From Basidiobolus meristosporus CBS 931.73 (taxonomy: Eukaryota; Fungi; Basidiobolomycota): a stretch of DNA of 64,000 nucleotides. Position 1 is the stretch's first letter; every line of letters begins with the position of its first letter. Positions 34,950-49,430 of the stretch are shown piece by piece. A program made the translations under genes and the position numbers. The stretch lies in the NCBI GenBank assembly GCA_002104905.1, contig MCFE01000014.1, forward strand, positions 124,001 through 188,000. Reading direction: 5' to 3'. The notes below the pieces were generated by a model. The model was given only the letters and a program-made list of their open reading frames with translations, was not told the DNA's origin and did no database searches.

Positions 34950-37900
34950 ATGAATTGGGCTCCTCGCCAAGAAGACCTACTTCAGCTGTTGCAGCTATTG
35001 AAGGATTCCATTTCTTCCAATAATGAAGTTCAAACCATGGTGCAACAGGTAATGGTCCACATCATCTGAAACCCCACAAGTCTGACAAAACAGCGCTTGT
35101 TTTTGGCTCTGCTAAGCCTCCACTGTGGCGCTGTTTTCCCGGGGTTCAACATGGTCTATTTTACTGTGGCTGACATATCTCTCAACAGAAACTTGACTCC
35201 TTCAACAAGATACCAGATTACAACAACTATCTTATTTACATCTTGACTCAGATGCCACAGGAGGAGGCCTCTATTCGTGCTATTGCGGGTCTTTTACTCA
35301 AGAATAATGTTCGCATGTATTTCCTGGAAATCACCCCCCAAGTCTTGGAATACGTCAAGGCTCTATCTCTGCAGGCTATTGGTGACCCTGACCATATGGT
35401 CAGAGGTACCATCGGTACTATTATCACCACTATAGTCTCCCGTGGCGGCCTTTCCGCATGGCCACAGGTGTTGCAAAGGTTGATGGAGCTTCTTGATCAT
35501 CCCGACAGTAATGTAGTCGAGGTAAGTTCCATGGGGTTTCTTTTTTTACATCTTACATACCAACCACTAGACTCTGACAACATTGAACATAGGGCGCGTT
35601 CGGTGCGCTGCAAAAGATCTGTGAGGATTCTCCCCGTGAGCTAGACCAAGACATCAACGGAAGTCGTCCTTTAGATTACATGATTCCCAAGTTCATTAGT
35701 TATTTCGATTCTCCCGAGCTAAGAATCCGCGTTTACGCACTCTCCTGCATCAATCAGTTTATCCTGATGCGTTCTCAATCTCTATTCACTCATATTGACA
35801 TCTTCGTGGCTGCACTTTTCAAGAGAGCGACCGACCATGCTCCCGAAGTGCGCAAGAATGTTTGCCAAGCGCTGGTCATGCTCCTAGAGGCTCGTCCGGA
35901 CAAGCTTCTTCCGGAACTACCAAATCTTGTGGAGTACATGCTTTACTCCACGCAAGACGATGACGAGAATGTTTCTTTAGAAGCTTGCGAGTTCTGGCTA
36001 GCATTTGCCGAACAGGATGAGCTTCACGATCACCTACGCCCATATCTTCCCAAGGTCATCCCAGTCTTACTGAAGGGCATGGTTTACAGTGAAATGGATA
36101 TCATGGCACTGGGCGGTGATGAAGATGATGCCAACGTTCCGGATAACGAGCAAGACATCAAGCCCCGCCACCACCGTGCCAAAACTCACGAGTTTGAGCA
36201 TACTGATCCTCAAAATCCACCTACCACCAACCATGAGGTTGATGATGAATCTGATGATGAGGATTGGGATGAGGACGAAGATGATATTTATTCTGAATGG
36301 AATCTCCGTAAATGCTCTGCTGCGGCTTTAGATGTCCTATCAACCGTCTACGGCAATGAGATGCTAGATACCCTTCTTCCTTTACTCAAGGAGCAGCTAT
36401 TCAACGCAGAGTGGAAGCACAAGGAGTGCGGTATCCTGGCTCTAGGTGCTATTGGCGAAGGGTGTATGTCTGGTATTGAGCCACATCTTCCGGATTTGGT
36501 TCCATTCCTTCTTCAGAGTCTGAACGACCCTAAGCCTCTTATCCGGTCCATCACTTGCTGGACTTTAGGAAGATATGCCAAATGGTGTATTTTTCCTCCA
36601 CAGCCTGAGGCTCGCTCGAAGTATTTCGAGCCCCTGTTAGAGGGATTGCTTCGGATGGTCCTTGATAACAACAAGCGAGTTCAGGAGGCTGGTTGCAGTG
36701 CATTTGCTACCTTGGAGGAAGAGGCTGGTGAGGAGCTTATCCCTTATCTTGAGCCTATCCTTCGAAACCTCGTGTTTGCGTTCCAAAAATATCAACAAAA
36801 GAATCTGTTGATTCTGTATGATGCCATTGGTACTCTTGCTGATTCCGTTGGTAATGCACTAAACAAGAAAGAGTTTATTGACGTCTTAATGCCTCCGTTG
36901 ATCGAGAGATGGCAATCCGTTAGTGACGATGATAGAGACCTCTTCCCTCTACTTGAATGCTTATCATCCGTAGCAGCCGCCTTGGAGTCCGGATTTGCTC
37001 CATTTGCCCAGCCTGTATACCAGCGCTGTGTTCACCTGGTTAACAACACTCTCATGCAAACTCAAATATACCAACAAAATCCATCCATGGAATCGCCTGA
37101 TAAGGATTTCATGATTGTCGCCTTGGATCTACTAAGTGGCTTGGTTCAAGGTTTAAACACCAGCGTCGAAAGTCTAGTTGCCAGTAGCAACCCACCACTG
37201 TTGCCGTTGTTGGGTGTTTGCATGCAGGATACCTCTGCTGAAGTGAGACAATCGGCCTATGCGCTACTTGGCGATCTGGCCATTTCTTGTTTTGCCCACC
37301 TGAAGCCACATTTGGGACAACTTATGCCAGAGTTGATATGCCAGATCGACCCGCAGTCAGAGCATATTAGCGTCTGCAACAATGCTGCCTGGGCGGCTGG
37401 TGAGATTGGTCTGCAGTGTGGTGCTGAAATGCAGCCCTATGTCAACCCTCTACTAGAGCGACTTTTCCCGCTCATAAACAACGAGCACACACCCCGCACT
37501 TTACTGGAGAATGCCGCTATTACGATCGGTCGTCTTAGTTTGGTCTGTCCAGAAATCATTGCGCCACATCTGGAGATGTTTCTAGAGCACTGGTAAGTCC
37601 ACGCAATGATCCGCATGTTTCCTTGGCCAACTTCGTAACTGACAGAACCTTTAGGTGTAAGGCATTGCGTGGGATTCGTGATAACTCCGAGAAAGACTCT
37701 GCGTTCCGTGGGGTGTGTACCATAATCCAAACCAACCCCAATGGCGCAGCCAAGGTAAACCTAGAGGCATACTCTGGACACGAGTCAGCCACGCATTAAA
37801 CTGAATCCTCTATTCTACTATATAGAGTTTTGTTTACTTCTGTGATGCTGCTACCAACTGGAATTCACCTTCCCAGGAGCTGAATGAAATGTTTAGAAAG

Positions 37901-38066
37901 GTGAGCCACATTCCTTGTAATGTATCCGTTCCATACGGGTTCCCACTTATATTTCTTGTAGATTTTTATGGGATTCAAGCAAATGATTGGTCCAAACTGG
38001 GACAACTACGTTTCCACATTCCCGCCCACCATCAGACAGAAACTTCAAGAGAGATACGGCGTTTAA
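34950..38066 (+). CDS. KAP104: Transportin / karyopherin beta-2, multi-exon
   Basis: [16 protein letters not shown] repeats, acidic H8 loop then [22 protein letters not shown]. Ends LQERYGV. Confidence 0.95.
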
Positions 38067-38605
38067 GGGGATTTAATCACCATCGCATCATGCTCTGTGT
38101 TACTCATATCATTCATACATCCCTTTAGTTTTATTCTTTCCTAATAATTACGTTCCACTATATTTCTCGATCAGAGCTGTTCATCCTTTTCCCTTTCCCC
38201 TTCCCCTTTGCCCTATCCCCAACTTAATCCAAGAGTCCGAAAGATGGATGTACGTATCGAGAAACAATGGTTTTATGTTCACATCAAATAATCAATCGGT
38301 TGGTCTGGATAATTCATCCCTTCTCTTGTACACTGACGAGAACACCGTTTGCGAATCCTCTCAAATGAATATGCCCACATATCCCTTATGGTATCCGGGA
38401 CCAACGACCCGGAAATTTATGGTGTCTATATTACGCCTATAAATCACTGTATCAAGGATGTGTTGACGGCCATCTGGATGGGCAACAGGTCATTTTATTG
38501 CTGGCTGGTGGTTTTGAAGAGTGAAACGGGTGTGGAGGAGATGAAAAAGAAAACCGATCCAAGTGAGATTTTTACACTTGGCAGAAGCTTATGTGAATGG
38601 ACACT

Positions 38606-40041
38606 CTAGAAACGCTTGGCGTTCCGTTGATTCTTTTGGTAAACATAGTAGATCAATCCACCGACAGTTAGGATAGCGGCCAGCTTCCAGAAGAATCCGA
38701 TGGATTCACTTTCGTGGCGGACTGGTTGAGGTGTGCTAGGTTGGTAGGTGTCCTGAAGAGAAAAACCAAGTTGAATATAAAGAAAGAGCGAAAATTTAGG
38801 TGACCGTTGCACTCACTTTTCTCTTAATGGAGTGTGAGCTGATGCTAATGATCTCATGGGAATCTATGGTGGAGGAAGGCATCAGTACCAGAAGGAAGTG
38901 ATTCTGCGGCTAGGTCAACGTTACCCGATATCTCTCCAGTATGAGCACTGAAGCCAAGATAAACAATGCTTGGCAGAATTGCGTTGTCAATAGTAAAGCA
39001 GTCGGTCCATTTTCCTTCCGTCTCAGATTGAAGTTGAACCTACATGGGGGAGTCAGAAGAGGATTCGGGATGGGATCCACATATAACCAGCAACCCTACC
39101 TGTACGTATTGTCCCTTAGAATAGCTGACACGGGCTTTGGTTGGGAAATCTTTTCCACGGAAATCAGCCTGTCAGATGGAGCTGTAAGCGTGCATGAACG
39201 GGCATATTTCGCATTATGATCACATGGTTCTCGAACCTCACAACCACCACGTCTGGTAGGCTCGCCATCTTGGTCCACATCGTAGGAGGTTTTTCCATCA
39301 CCAATCATAGCACTGACGTAGGGGAAAGAATACTGGGGGAACAAAACGATCAGACTTGAAGCTAACGTGTTATCGGTATGGAGAATCTTAACTTACAGGA
39401 TGCTTGGCGTTGGCATAGGTATCAAAGAAGACACCCAATCCTTCGAATCTATCTACGCTACCGAACACAGGCCCTGAAATAAAGATGTGAACGGCTGTCG
39501 TTTGATTCATGAAGAATACGCCGCCATACCAGTTTGAGGGTCATTGGTGGTTGCCCAGAAAGCAAAGCCATCCCCGAAGATATTGGTACCATGACCGTCT
39601 ACCTTGAACTCGAACTCTACTTCCCAGGAATTGGTAGGTAGAGCCTACAATAGAATTAATCCGACTATGAGTGAAAACATTCGCCATCGCGTGGAGGTAG
39701 AGGGAATGGGATTCAACTGACATGCTTACTCCACAGCCAACCCGCTCTACTAGGGAGATCAGCGGTCAGCTGAACACCCTTGTAAGTGTTCACGACGGTG
39801 TCTCCACCGAACTCGAAATGGTTCGAGCGCATTTCTTCATCTGTTCGTTTATGAGCAAATCCAGGTAAGTATTCATCATCAAGCCGGCTAAAGACAATGC
39901 TCACACTTTACCTATGTAAGGCATATGCAAGGAGAGGGAGGGTAGATACAGCTTGTCTTCCTCGGCAGCAGAGGCCTTGGAAGCAAGCAGCAAGCTGGTA
40001 GCAAGTGTAAACACGCAAGTGAAGAGTCGTTTACTGTGCAT
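38606..40041 (-). CDS. L-type (legume-like) lectin, VIP36/LMAN2/Emp46-47 family, multi-exon
   Basis: Signal peptide, WEVEFEFKV, GDGFAFW, single TM helix (FFWKLAAILTVGGLIYYVY) and C-terminal KRF. Confidence 0.88.
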
Positions 40042-41279
40042 TTTGAACTGAAGAACTATATCCAGTAGACCAGTGACAATAACAAGGAACCGTTACTTAT
40101 ATGTTCATTGACAATGCTAGAGCTTGGTAATGGTCGAATCCGCTGGTACAAAATGATTGGTTGATTCTCGAGAAATATCGAGCCAACCTACGGAAATCTG
40201 AAACCCAAATGAGTACTCACCACTGATGAGCATAGACCTCGTACCAACACAATTTAATTGCAAAAAAAAAGTTATTCCAATTTTATGTGATGTTTGCCTC
40301 GAGCGGGTGCCTCGGGCCAATAGGTTTACTCTAGCCAAATTGTGCATCAGTCTTGTCCTTGTACTTATGTCATCGAATATTACCAAGTCTGCTGGCTGAG
40401 GAATGCACTGAATTGCAAGCCTCTGAGTGCTTCAGACGGTATGGATGAGGAAGAAACAGTAGCTTAGCAGCTGAGGTGGATGCTCTATTGTGAAGAAGGG
40501 TTCCCTAGGCCTACCTGTTTGACTACTCTTCGACGAACGGGTGCGATTTGCGGTCGTCAAATATCACACGGTGGGCGCGGGGTAAAGACGCATCATTAGC
40601 GAAAGATCCACACAGGCCCATACACTAATGCTCTTAAGGAAGTCGCTGATACCCCGTGCTGGGAGACAGTCTAGATGTACATGTAGCTTTTGGGAGGCGA
40701 GCCTGGGTCTCGCATCCTAGGTAGGCGATTCTTTTTCCCAAGACCATATATCTATCCATTTTCTTATGCAACTCTGTTTAAGTCAACTGGTCCACCGAGT
40801 TTGTCACACTCACCAATACCGATTTCCTTTCCATAATGCATATCACGAAGCAGCTAGTGAAGTAATCTCGGCGGTTGCCATATCTGGCATCAAACTCATC
40901 TCACAGCCATTTCGTACCAAATTCAGGTGTTGAACTGAGTACTGCAAGCAGTCCCTACTTGCCCAACCTGCCCTTCACACAGCTTCGTGTTGAGGCAAAA
41001 GCATGCACACAGGACGGGTAGAACTAACGGCAGTATACATTCCTATCCAGTTGAAATTAGCGATATGCTCCTCGTTTAATCTCCACTTCAACATGAATGA
41101 ATGTCAATGTCCCATCTGCCCAAAACAATACAGCTGCAGTGACAACAACGCTTGACAAGATTGGGTGGAGGGTTCACAAGGGGGAGGGATTCTATTTTAC
41201 TCAATACTAGCATTGCTCCGCTGACAACTCAACCAAGGCAACGATAATCTTAGGCCGACCTCTATTGTACGTTCTCCCA

Positions 41280-42657
41280 TCATGCTAGACGAGCCAAGTT
41301 TTCCCTCTCCACTATACAAGGGGAATCCACATAGCCTAGCAACTCTGGGAATTGGGAGCTTTTGCATCCCTTGATAATATTAATCTCCACGCTGGAGTAG
41401 TTCACCAGCCCCTTGGCTAAAGTGATGGACTCCACCGTCCCGTCCGGTCCAACCTCTTCATACACAACATTGACCGCTTGGCTGGCATTGAAGTAACCAT
41501 CCACTCGCACAATCCCCGCTGCAAACAGGCTACTCTTGTGTCGAGTGAGCGCCAATTTGGCCCCATGGTCCACCACGATGGAGCCGGCGTTGTGAAGCCC
41601 GTGTAAAATCCACCATTTCCTATCCAGCATTGGGTCGTGTTTGGCCACGAAGCGTGTATGCAGTGGCGGATTACCAGTCCCTCCGTTTTGCAGGCTATCG
41701 ATGATCTCGAACACTCTTTCCGGCCGGGATCCGCGAGTGATGATGGTGGTGACACCGGCCGCGGTGGCTAGCTCGGCCGCGACAAGTTTGGTCACCATCC
41801 CCCCTGTCCCTAAGGCACTTCCGGGGGTAGTGACGGTGATTTCCTCCTTGAGCTTACTGATGTCGTCGACCACTTGAACAGCGCGAGCGGCAGGGTTTGT
41901 GCGTGGATTGTCCGTGTACAGACAGTCGACGTCGGTCAGAAGAAAGAGGTAGTCCGCGTGGATGATCCCAGCAGTAATGGCGCTAAGTGTGTCGTTATCT
42001 CCGAATCGGATCTCAGCCACACTGACGGTGTCGTTCTCGTTCACGATAGGAATGACGTTCATGTTGAAGAGCTCCTCAAAGGTGTTCCGCGCGTTCAGGT
42101 ATCTGCTTCTCTGAGAGGAAAACATATCAATGGTGGATCGAGGCACGTGGTCAACCAGCAAAGAGCCCGTACCTGAGCCAAGTCATTTTTGGTAAGGAGG
42201 ATCTGAGCGATGGGTTGGTTGAATTGTCCGAACAGGTTGTCATACAGACTCATCAACCTTCCTTGGCCAACTGCAGCGATAGCCTAGGCGCAACGGGCAG
42301 ATAAGTAAAGGGAAACCTGGGTACAAGTCAATGCCATAGGCGTACCTGCTTTTTGGCCAACTCCGAGGGTTTGGAAGCGATGTCAAGCCGCCTCAAGCCG
42401 ACACCCACTGCGCCGCTGGTAACCAGGACAACACGGTGGCCCATTTTTTGCAATTTGATGATGGTCTCCACCATGCTGGATAGTGTGGCCAACAAAGGAA
42501 AGTGGGTGACCTCGTCACAGATGGAGGACGTTCCCAGTTTGAGTACGATGGTGTACCCTCGGGCTCTGCCGTGTCTAGCACTGTTCGTCAAGGTCATGTT
42601 TTGGTTCGAAGATAGAGAAGACAAGCCCTGCTCCTGTTGCTGTTGCTGTTGTTCCAT
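41280..42657 (-). CDS. PRO1: Glutamate 5-kinase with PUA domain (2 introns)
   Basis: [42 protein letters not shown] and a PUA domain. N-terminal poly-Q. Confidence 0.95.
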
Positions 42658-42830
42658 CGCTTGTCTTCGTCTTTAAAGAGGCAAGAGAAAGGTGGGGAGA
42701 CGATGCGATTCAAGAAAAAAACCGGATAAATGAATAAGTATTAGTCATGAGTTGGAATTTATAGTACTGCTGTTTTCTCCAGTGCCAACTGACCTTTGAT
42801 AACACTCCCGGTTGTGATCCAAATTCAGAG

Positions 42831-42837
42831 TGACTCA
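42831..42837. promoter_or_regulatory. Candidate Gcn4/CpcA element TGACTCA upstream of PRO1
   Basis: Exact consensus about 175 bp upstream of the ATG of an amino-acid biosynthesis gene. Short motif, so chance is possible. Confidence 0.4.
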
Positions 42838-43159
42838 TGGGTCTGGGATGCACTCTCATCGAGTTACACCAATAAATCGAGATGGTCTTGGAAGTGAGTG
42901 AATAAATCTAATCGCCCCCAACAGGGCTCTGCCGCGGTATCGTGGCATGGGCCACACTGATAATCATCATGGGTGAGCCAGGAAACTCATCCAGCTCAAC
43001 GAGGTGATGCCGGGACGGGTGGGGCTCATGTGTAATTTATTGAGTATGCAACGGTTAATTCAAAGTAAATATACAATTTCAACATAACTGAAAATCCAAT
43101 GGTCGATACGGATACATGTCAGGACAAATGGAGGGGGAAGGGAGGGAAGTGGAAAGCGG

Positions 43160-46100
43160 CTATTCAGGACGTCTCTTGTCGAGGAGGGTTTGTACTAGAG
43201 GCACGAGTGTTTGTTCGGAGTGCTCGATATTCTCCAGTATTTGGAGGAGCTTCTCACCGAGCGAATTGACCAAGGGGACCAACACAACCCGTACAGTGGG
43301 GAATGGATCTGCGTTAAGGGAGCGTAACTTCAGCAATCTATCCCGATTTTGAATGAAGGTTTCCACGAACTGATGAAGAACCTTCAGGATCGTATTGACC
43401 GCAAGCGGTTCTTGAATGGAGGTAACGTGGGTGGGTAACGTGCGAGAAAGCTTCCACAAGCATTTCTGTACAAGATCGAAAAATTTAAAGGAATCCAAAT
43501 GCTGGTAAGGTGCCCAAGCGACCGGGTCAGCCTCTTTAGCCATCTGATGGGTGGCAAGCGTGTACATATCGAACAGAACCTCGAACAGATGCTCAGGATG
43601 GGCGTTTTCCAAGAGTTTCATGATCACCACGTTGAGCGAGCGTTCCAGCGGCTGTGGGTTCAAGGGGTCGGAGCTTTTGGGAAGTGTATCCACAACAAGC
43701 AATATCAGCACGTAATCGAATAGTTTACGAAGGGTTGCTGGGCTGATTACCCGGACCAGTTCTTTGCGAGCAAGAATACGTGCATTGATGGTCATGATGT
43801 TCTTTGAGCGTTTGAGCCATCCGGGATTCTGCATTGCTTCAGGCTCGACCTTGAGCTTACTTAGTAAGGCTGAAATCAATGTGTTGACCACAGGAAGCAG
43901 CGCCATTTTGTCGTCACTAAGGCAGTGCGAGACCTGTTTGATGGCGATGGCGAGGCGGTCATCTTCATCGCTGCACATTACGGCATCTACAAGCCCTTGA
44001 ACATCAACCTTGGCAGGCTGAGGGATTCCTGCGTCTTGTGAGTGGTCAGCATTGTCCGGCTTGTTGGATATGGTGAGTGACGTGAACGCTTTAGACAGTA
44101 GCTCTGGAGAGTTCTTTCCGCTAGGATTGGAGCTGAACGATTCTGGGGAATCAACCCGATCAGACGATACTGAGGAGGCGGTTGAGCTACTGGAGTAAAT
44201 ACTCGGTGCTTGATGTGGCTTTGGAAGGGTATTGGTGGTGGTAACCGACTTTACAGACGACAGAGATTCATTGGAGGTGCGGTTGGCAAACCTACTGAGA
44301 GGTAGAGTTCGTGCAAGCATGGGGTGTCGTTGCATTGGCCCTTGTCCATTGGCTCCGGTGGCATCGTAGGAAGGTGGCTTGCTGCGCTTTAAGCGCTCTT
44401 CGAGCATGGTTTGCTCTTTGTTGGAGAGTTGGCCAGTGTATTTTAAAACCGACTCGCCGACGATGTTTTGCGTCTCCACAATAGTGTTCAATGCAGCATT
44501 GCGCACCAGCGAATCCTTATCACTGATAAATGATGCGATCACGGGTAGGTTCTTGGCTGGATTGCAGACGGACAAGCCATTTCGGCGGATCAGAACGCCA
44601 ATCTCTTCCAAGCAATCGGCCCTCGTCCTGGAGCTCTTTGACTTCAGTCCATGATCGACTATTAGAGTGAAAATCTTACTGGCCGGATAGATTCGGCAAA
44701 ACTTCTTGAGAATCTCCCGAGAACGAGCACGGAGAACATCGTTGTTGTAGCCCAGCTTTCCGATGAATATTGGAAGGAAGGCCGACGCCTCGTAATCTGT
44801 GAAGCAGTAAGTCTGCTGATCCATTAGTGCAATGAAGTGTTCTAGAAAATCCGTGCATTTAAGCAAGATGCTAGTGTTTGTGTCGAATAGCCTCAATGAC
44901 ACGTATTTCAATAGAATATCCGAATTGTTGATAAACCGGGAATCCATCTCCTCCTTGCTCATTTGGTATTTTGCTCCCGAGAACTCTTTGTTCACAATGC
45001 ACTCATCAAGAAGGTTTAATGCGTCGAGTATCCCCTTACTAGCATTGATGCCTGTGGAGAACATCAGTTGATGAATTCCAGGGCTGAGATGCGGCTTCAT
45101 TTGTTCCGAGAGCATGTCGATGTGTTCTTGACGCGGCGTCTCAAACACCCATTTACTTGGCCCTTTGTCTTTGTCTCCACGCAGAGATTTGGCTCTAGGA
45201 TCGTTAGTAGTAAGAGGGGTTTCCTGATCAAAAGCGATGGGAAGGCTTTTCTTCGTTTCAACACGTCTAGGTGTCCCCTTACTGCTGGGTGCGGAAGTTA
45301 TGGGCGAATCCTTTGGTGTGGCTCCTAGACGAGCTGCTTGTGGCCTGGTAATGGATTCGCTAGAGTTTACTCTAGAAACACTCGCTCTTTCCGAAATAGG
45401 GGGACGGACACTAAGCTCCCGCTTTCTTTCCACAGGTGCCTGGCTAGATATAGCGGCACTGGAAGTTGGCCGTGGCTTGGCAGTCGGGGCGGTATTCGTG
45501 CGCAAGCTTGAATTTGTTTGTTTGCTCATCTCGTTCGAACCACCTTTGTTGAGGCTTTCGATGATAGGTAGAATGGTTTGACGTGAAGCACCAGGGAGAT
45601 CGGAGACTTTGTCTTTGACAAGAGTGTATCCACCATTTCGGATCACATACTCTATAAGAGTGGTTGCGCTCTTACGGATCTCCGAATTCCTGTCCTGTAG
45701 ACATTGAAGTGTAGGCCGCACCAGGGAGCTAAGCTCTAACTGATTGGATTCGGAATCCTTCTCGAAACAAGTTTCCAGCTTTTCGTTGAGCCAGCAAGTG
45801 AGGTCCTTCCGTAACGTAGGCGAATCCTGTACCAAGCTGTTGGCGATCACCGGAATCAAGAGGTTGAGGTTACAAACTTCGGACACTGAATCCAGTGTCT
45901 TTAAGGCGCTTTGACGAGTTTGGACTTTGCTATCAGCCAGACACATCAATATTTGAGACAACACTATGCGCGACTGCTTTTCAAACGGCTTGCCCATGGC
46001 CACAGCTATCGTACCACATATATCAAGCGCAAGGGACTGGATGATCTTGTTACTATCCAAGATTCGATCTTTCATGGTGTTTAACAAGTCTCCCACTTGT

Positions 46101-49100
46101 GGCTTGATTCTCTTGTTGGCAGCCTCTAAGATGCCTTGAACTTGATCTAGAGATTCCTTGCGGACTTTCCAGTTGGAGTCTCTCATGTCTTTCAGGATTT
46201 TACTGCTTATTTGAGAGCTGATATCAACGCGAGGAATAGCATCGTCAAGCACATCTTGCATCGATACCTCCTTGCCTCCATTACCGCCGGATGGCTTAAC
46301 CCCCTTGGTTGGCTCTGGTGGCTTCTGATCAGCCACTTTAGCAAACTCAGCGTCAACAGTACTCAACAAACTTGGGCTAAGGTCTTGCACTAGTGATCGG
46401 ATCTGTGGGCCAATATACGTGCTTAAGAGACCAAGAAGAGTAACTGAGTTGGTTCTTACAGCAGCATTCGAGCTTCCCAGCATGACCTTCAGGAATTCAA
46501 TAAGCTCACGGACGTTCAACGATGCAACCCCAAAATCCTGGATTGTAGCATTGATCCATCCAAGGCATTCAGAATGAACTTTGGGAGATTTGGCCTTCTT
46601 CCACGACTCGTACGCTTGATGCAAGACAAATTGCAGCGAAAACTGCTCCGCGATACTTGTCAAACAATCTCCTGAAGGCTTTCTCAGCTTGATGTCACCC
46701 AGTTTCTCGGCTAGTCCAGGGACGACAAGTGCCCCACATCCTCTACTGAAAGTAGAAGACTTTTCGCACAGCACCTGTATAACCCCGTACATTTTCGAAG
46801 ATACCTGGAAGTTCGTCTCCTTCCAGCCAGGTTTCTTAGCTAAAGCCCGAATGACCAATTCAGACTCAATGGCACTGTTATTTGGATTTTCCAAGAAAGT
46901 GGTAAGAGTCTCCATCGAAGCAAGTCGGTTTTTCCAATTGGAATCAGAAAATCCAGCGTACACTTCTGAAGGGATAATCTCCATAGCCTTCTCTTCGAAA
47001 TCCTCGCTAGTATACTTAAATCGGATCGGCTCCTCGGCCTTGGGAGCGGCAGATGGTTTTGCAGGGGCGGCAGCAGGCTTCCGAGCTGGAAGGGCCGAGG
47101 TGGTCTTTGGCTTAACAACACTCTTGGAAGGAACGCGCTTAACTGGAGGTTTGCTGACTGGCTTCGGCTTCATAACAGGCTCAGAAGAAGTTACAGCACG
47201 AGATGGCTCTTTCATCAATCTTTTGGCAGCCGGTGGCTTGGAAGGAGCTTGTCCTCCACTAGAGTTGCTCTTGGGAGGAATGGCGGAAGGCAGGGGCTTC
47301 TTTGCTTTAACCTCCGCTTTTTCATAGAACTCGCGAATCTTGCCTTCCTTAATTTTGTCTACCTTCTCCAAGTAAGTTATCATAGCTCTTTCGCCGACAA
47401 CCTTCATCATGGTTCCTAAAAGCTCTGCCGCCGCCTCGCGGACACTCGTATCACTGTCATCCAAGCACTTTAGCGCCGAATCGACGATCCAGTTGACGTC
47501 GGATTTACTCGGCAGATACTTCGTCTCCTTGACACAACGAGTCAACCATTTGTTGGTCTCGGCCTTAATTTGAGGATTTTTGTGCGCAAGCGCAGTTATC
47601 GACTCCTCCATGATATCGCTAAAAGAAATCTATACTTGGGTTAGTCCATGGTTGTGCAAGTGATGATGATTCAAAGCTTATACACTACCACAATGAAGAC
47701 TGAGTCCAGACAATTACGCAAGGCCTCGACAAAGTTCGCCTTCTTCTCCTTAAGCTTTTCCAGAAGTGGATTCAACACCTAAACAATTCACTATGGGTGT
47801 TACTTATCTCGTAGCACTGAGGTGTAATGGTTTGGGCAACTTACCAACTCACTGTATTGAGAGAATTCTTGTCTAAGCCCAATTGCCAGTGCTTCGATGC
47901 ATTGTGTTGCCAGTGTTCCTACCATGATGTTGACATCGCCAATACGCTTTTTGAAAATTTGTTAACCAATAATACGCATAATGGTTTAGTATCAGCAGGC
48001 AGCTTACTTTCGCCAAAGCACTGACGAGTTCTCGATAGTCGCCAGGAGAAATCTTGGGGACACGAACAACCAAGATAAATGACTCCAATGCTTCCTTCCT
48101 ATCTTTCCACTTTGAAGATTCGAGGTTGGTGTAGAAGTCACTAGGTATCTTGGAGAGAACATCGATAGGATCTGCCAAAGAGAAGGCATCGATTTCGGGC
48201 TCTTCGACATCCATTGGTTGGTCTCCCTCTCCATTCTGGCCATCTAGAGATATTAGCGGTTAGTGCAAGTGTTTGTGACGCTATACAAAGATCAGGCGAA
48301 CCTAATATATCCAGGTTTCCTTTTTGCTCTGAACGAAGAAGCCTCGCGGGGGTAGGTTTCTCTTTTGGCAACTGTTCAAACGCCTCATTCAATTCTTTAA
48401 TCTAATGATACCAGATAATGAGAGTTAAGTGGGATATCCGGCTGATACCAATATGAACACCATACCTGTACAGGTTTGAGCTCGGCTAAGCAGGGATGAA
48501 GTGCGTCACCAAGCCATTTGTATAACTCGACTGCCAATTGAGTGCCCTAAATAAGATAACATCGAGTTAGCAGACTGCTATTCTCCGAGTAATTGTCCTC
48601 ATTTGCATACCTCAGCTCTAACATTCTTGTCTGTATGAGCAAATGCCTTTGGCAGCGCTTTAAGAATAGGTTTGGGGTTTACGCTTTTGCAACCAAACGA
48701 TCTAGTTGCAAGGAAATATGGTGAGTGATCTTTGCTCTAAACCGAGATGGCCATGTTTGCTTACCTGACGATCTCCTTAAGTGCTAGGATCGCTGTAGCG
48801 ACCAGCTTCGGAAGTTTGTGATTAAGTGCATTCACGAGTTGTTCCTGAACATTCGTCCGAACGAAAAAGTTAGTTGGAAGCTCTTATTAGTGATCTAACT
48901 CTAATGAAAAAGATAATTACATTGACGGTTTCGCCCGAGCCAATTTCAACCAGCAGTAACAAAATATCTACGGCCTTGCTCTTGGTTCCCGCACGAGAGC
49001 TACTGAGGCCCTTTTCTATAACTGCGGATATAATGTCGTCATGACTGCTATTTCGATAAGAATTGTAGTTTAGTGCGAAGAAATTAGTGGAAAGGTAAGA

Positions 49101-49430
49101 AATCAGCTAAGCGATATTTACCAGGTGAAGTTCTGACCGTTTTGGAAATAAATTACAATGGCAGTGAGGCCTGCTTCTTGAGCAGCCATATTAGCATCCA
49201 ATGCTGCCTTACTCAAGAAGTGTGTGAATTGGTTATATTCTGACACATCCTCCGGGTCGCATGTTTTGTAATGCTTCGTCAAGTCTTCGTAACCATTCAA
49301 TCTGGCCTTCCAAGACTAAAAAAGGATCGGGTTGGTTACAACTCGAGATTGAACATACCCTAACTGAGCATACCTTGTGGGTGAGTTTTTCTTCTAGTGG
49401 TAGAGCGGTGAAATCGTCTTCAGTCGACAT
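43160..49430 (-). CDS. STU2: XMAP215/ch-TOG/Stu2 microtubule polymerase, multi-exon with a 4.45-kb last exon
   Basis: MSTEDDFTALPLEEKLTHK..., repeated TOG HEAT-A W motifs (SKWKDRKEALE, SNWKNRLASME, SNWKVRKESLD), KETNFQV and LKEKK. Confidence 0.93.

Noticed and set aside
39861-39872. ATACTTACCTGG on the minus strand, identical to the U1 snRNA 5' end
   Set aside because: Downstream sequence does not continue as U1. It lies in a lectin-gene intron at the branch-point position.
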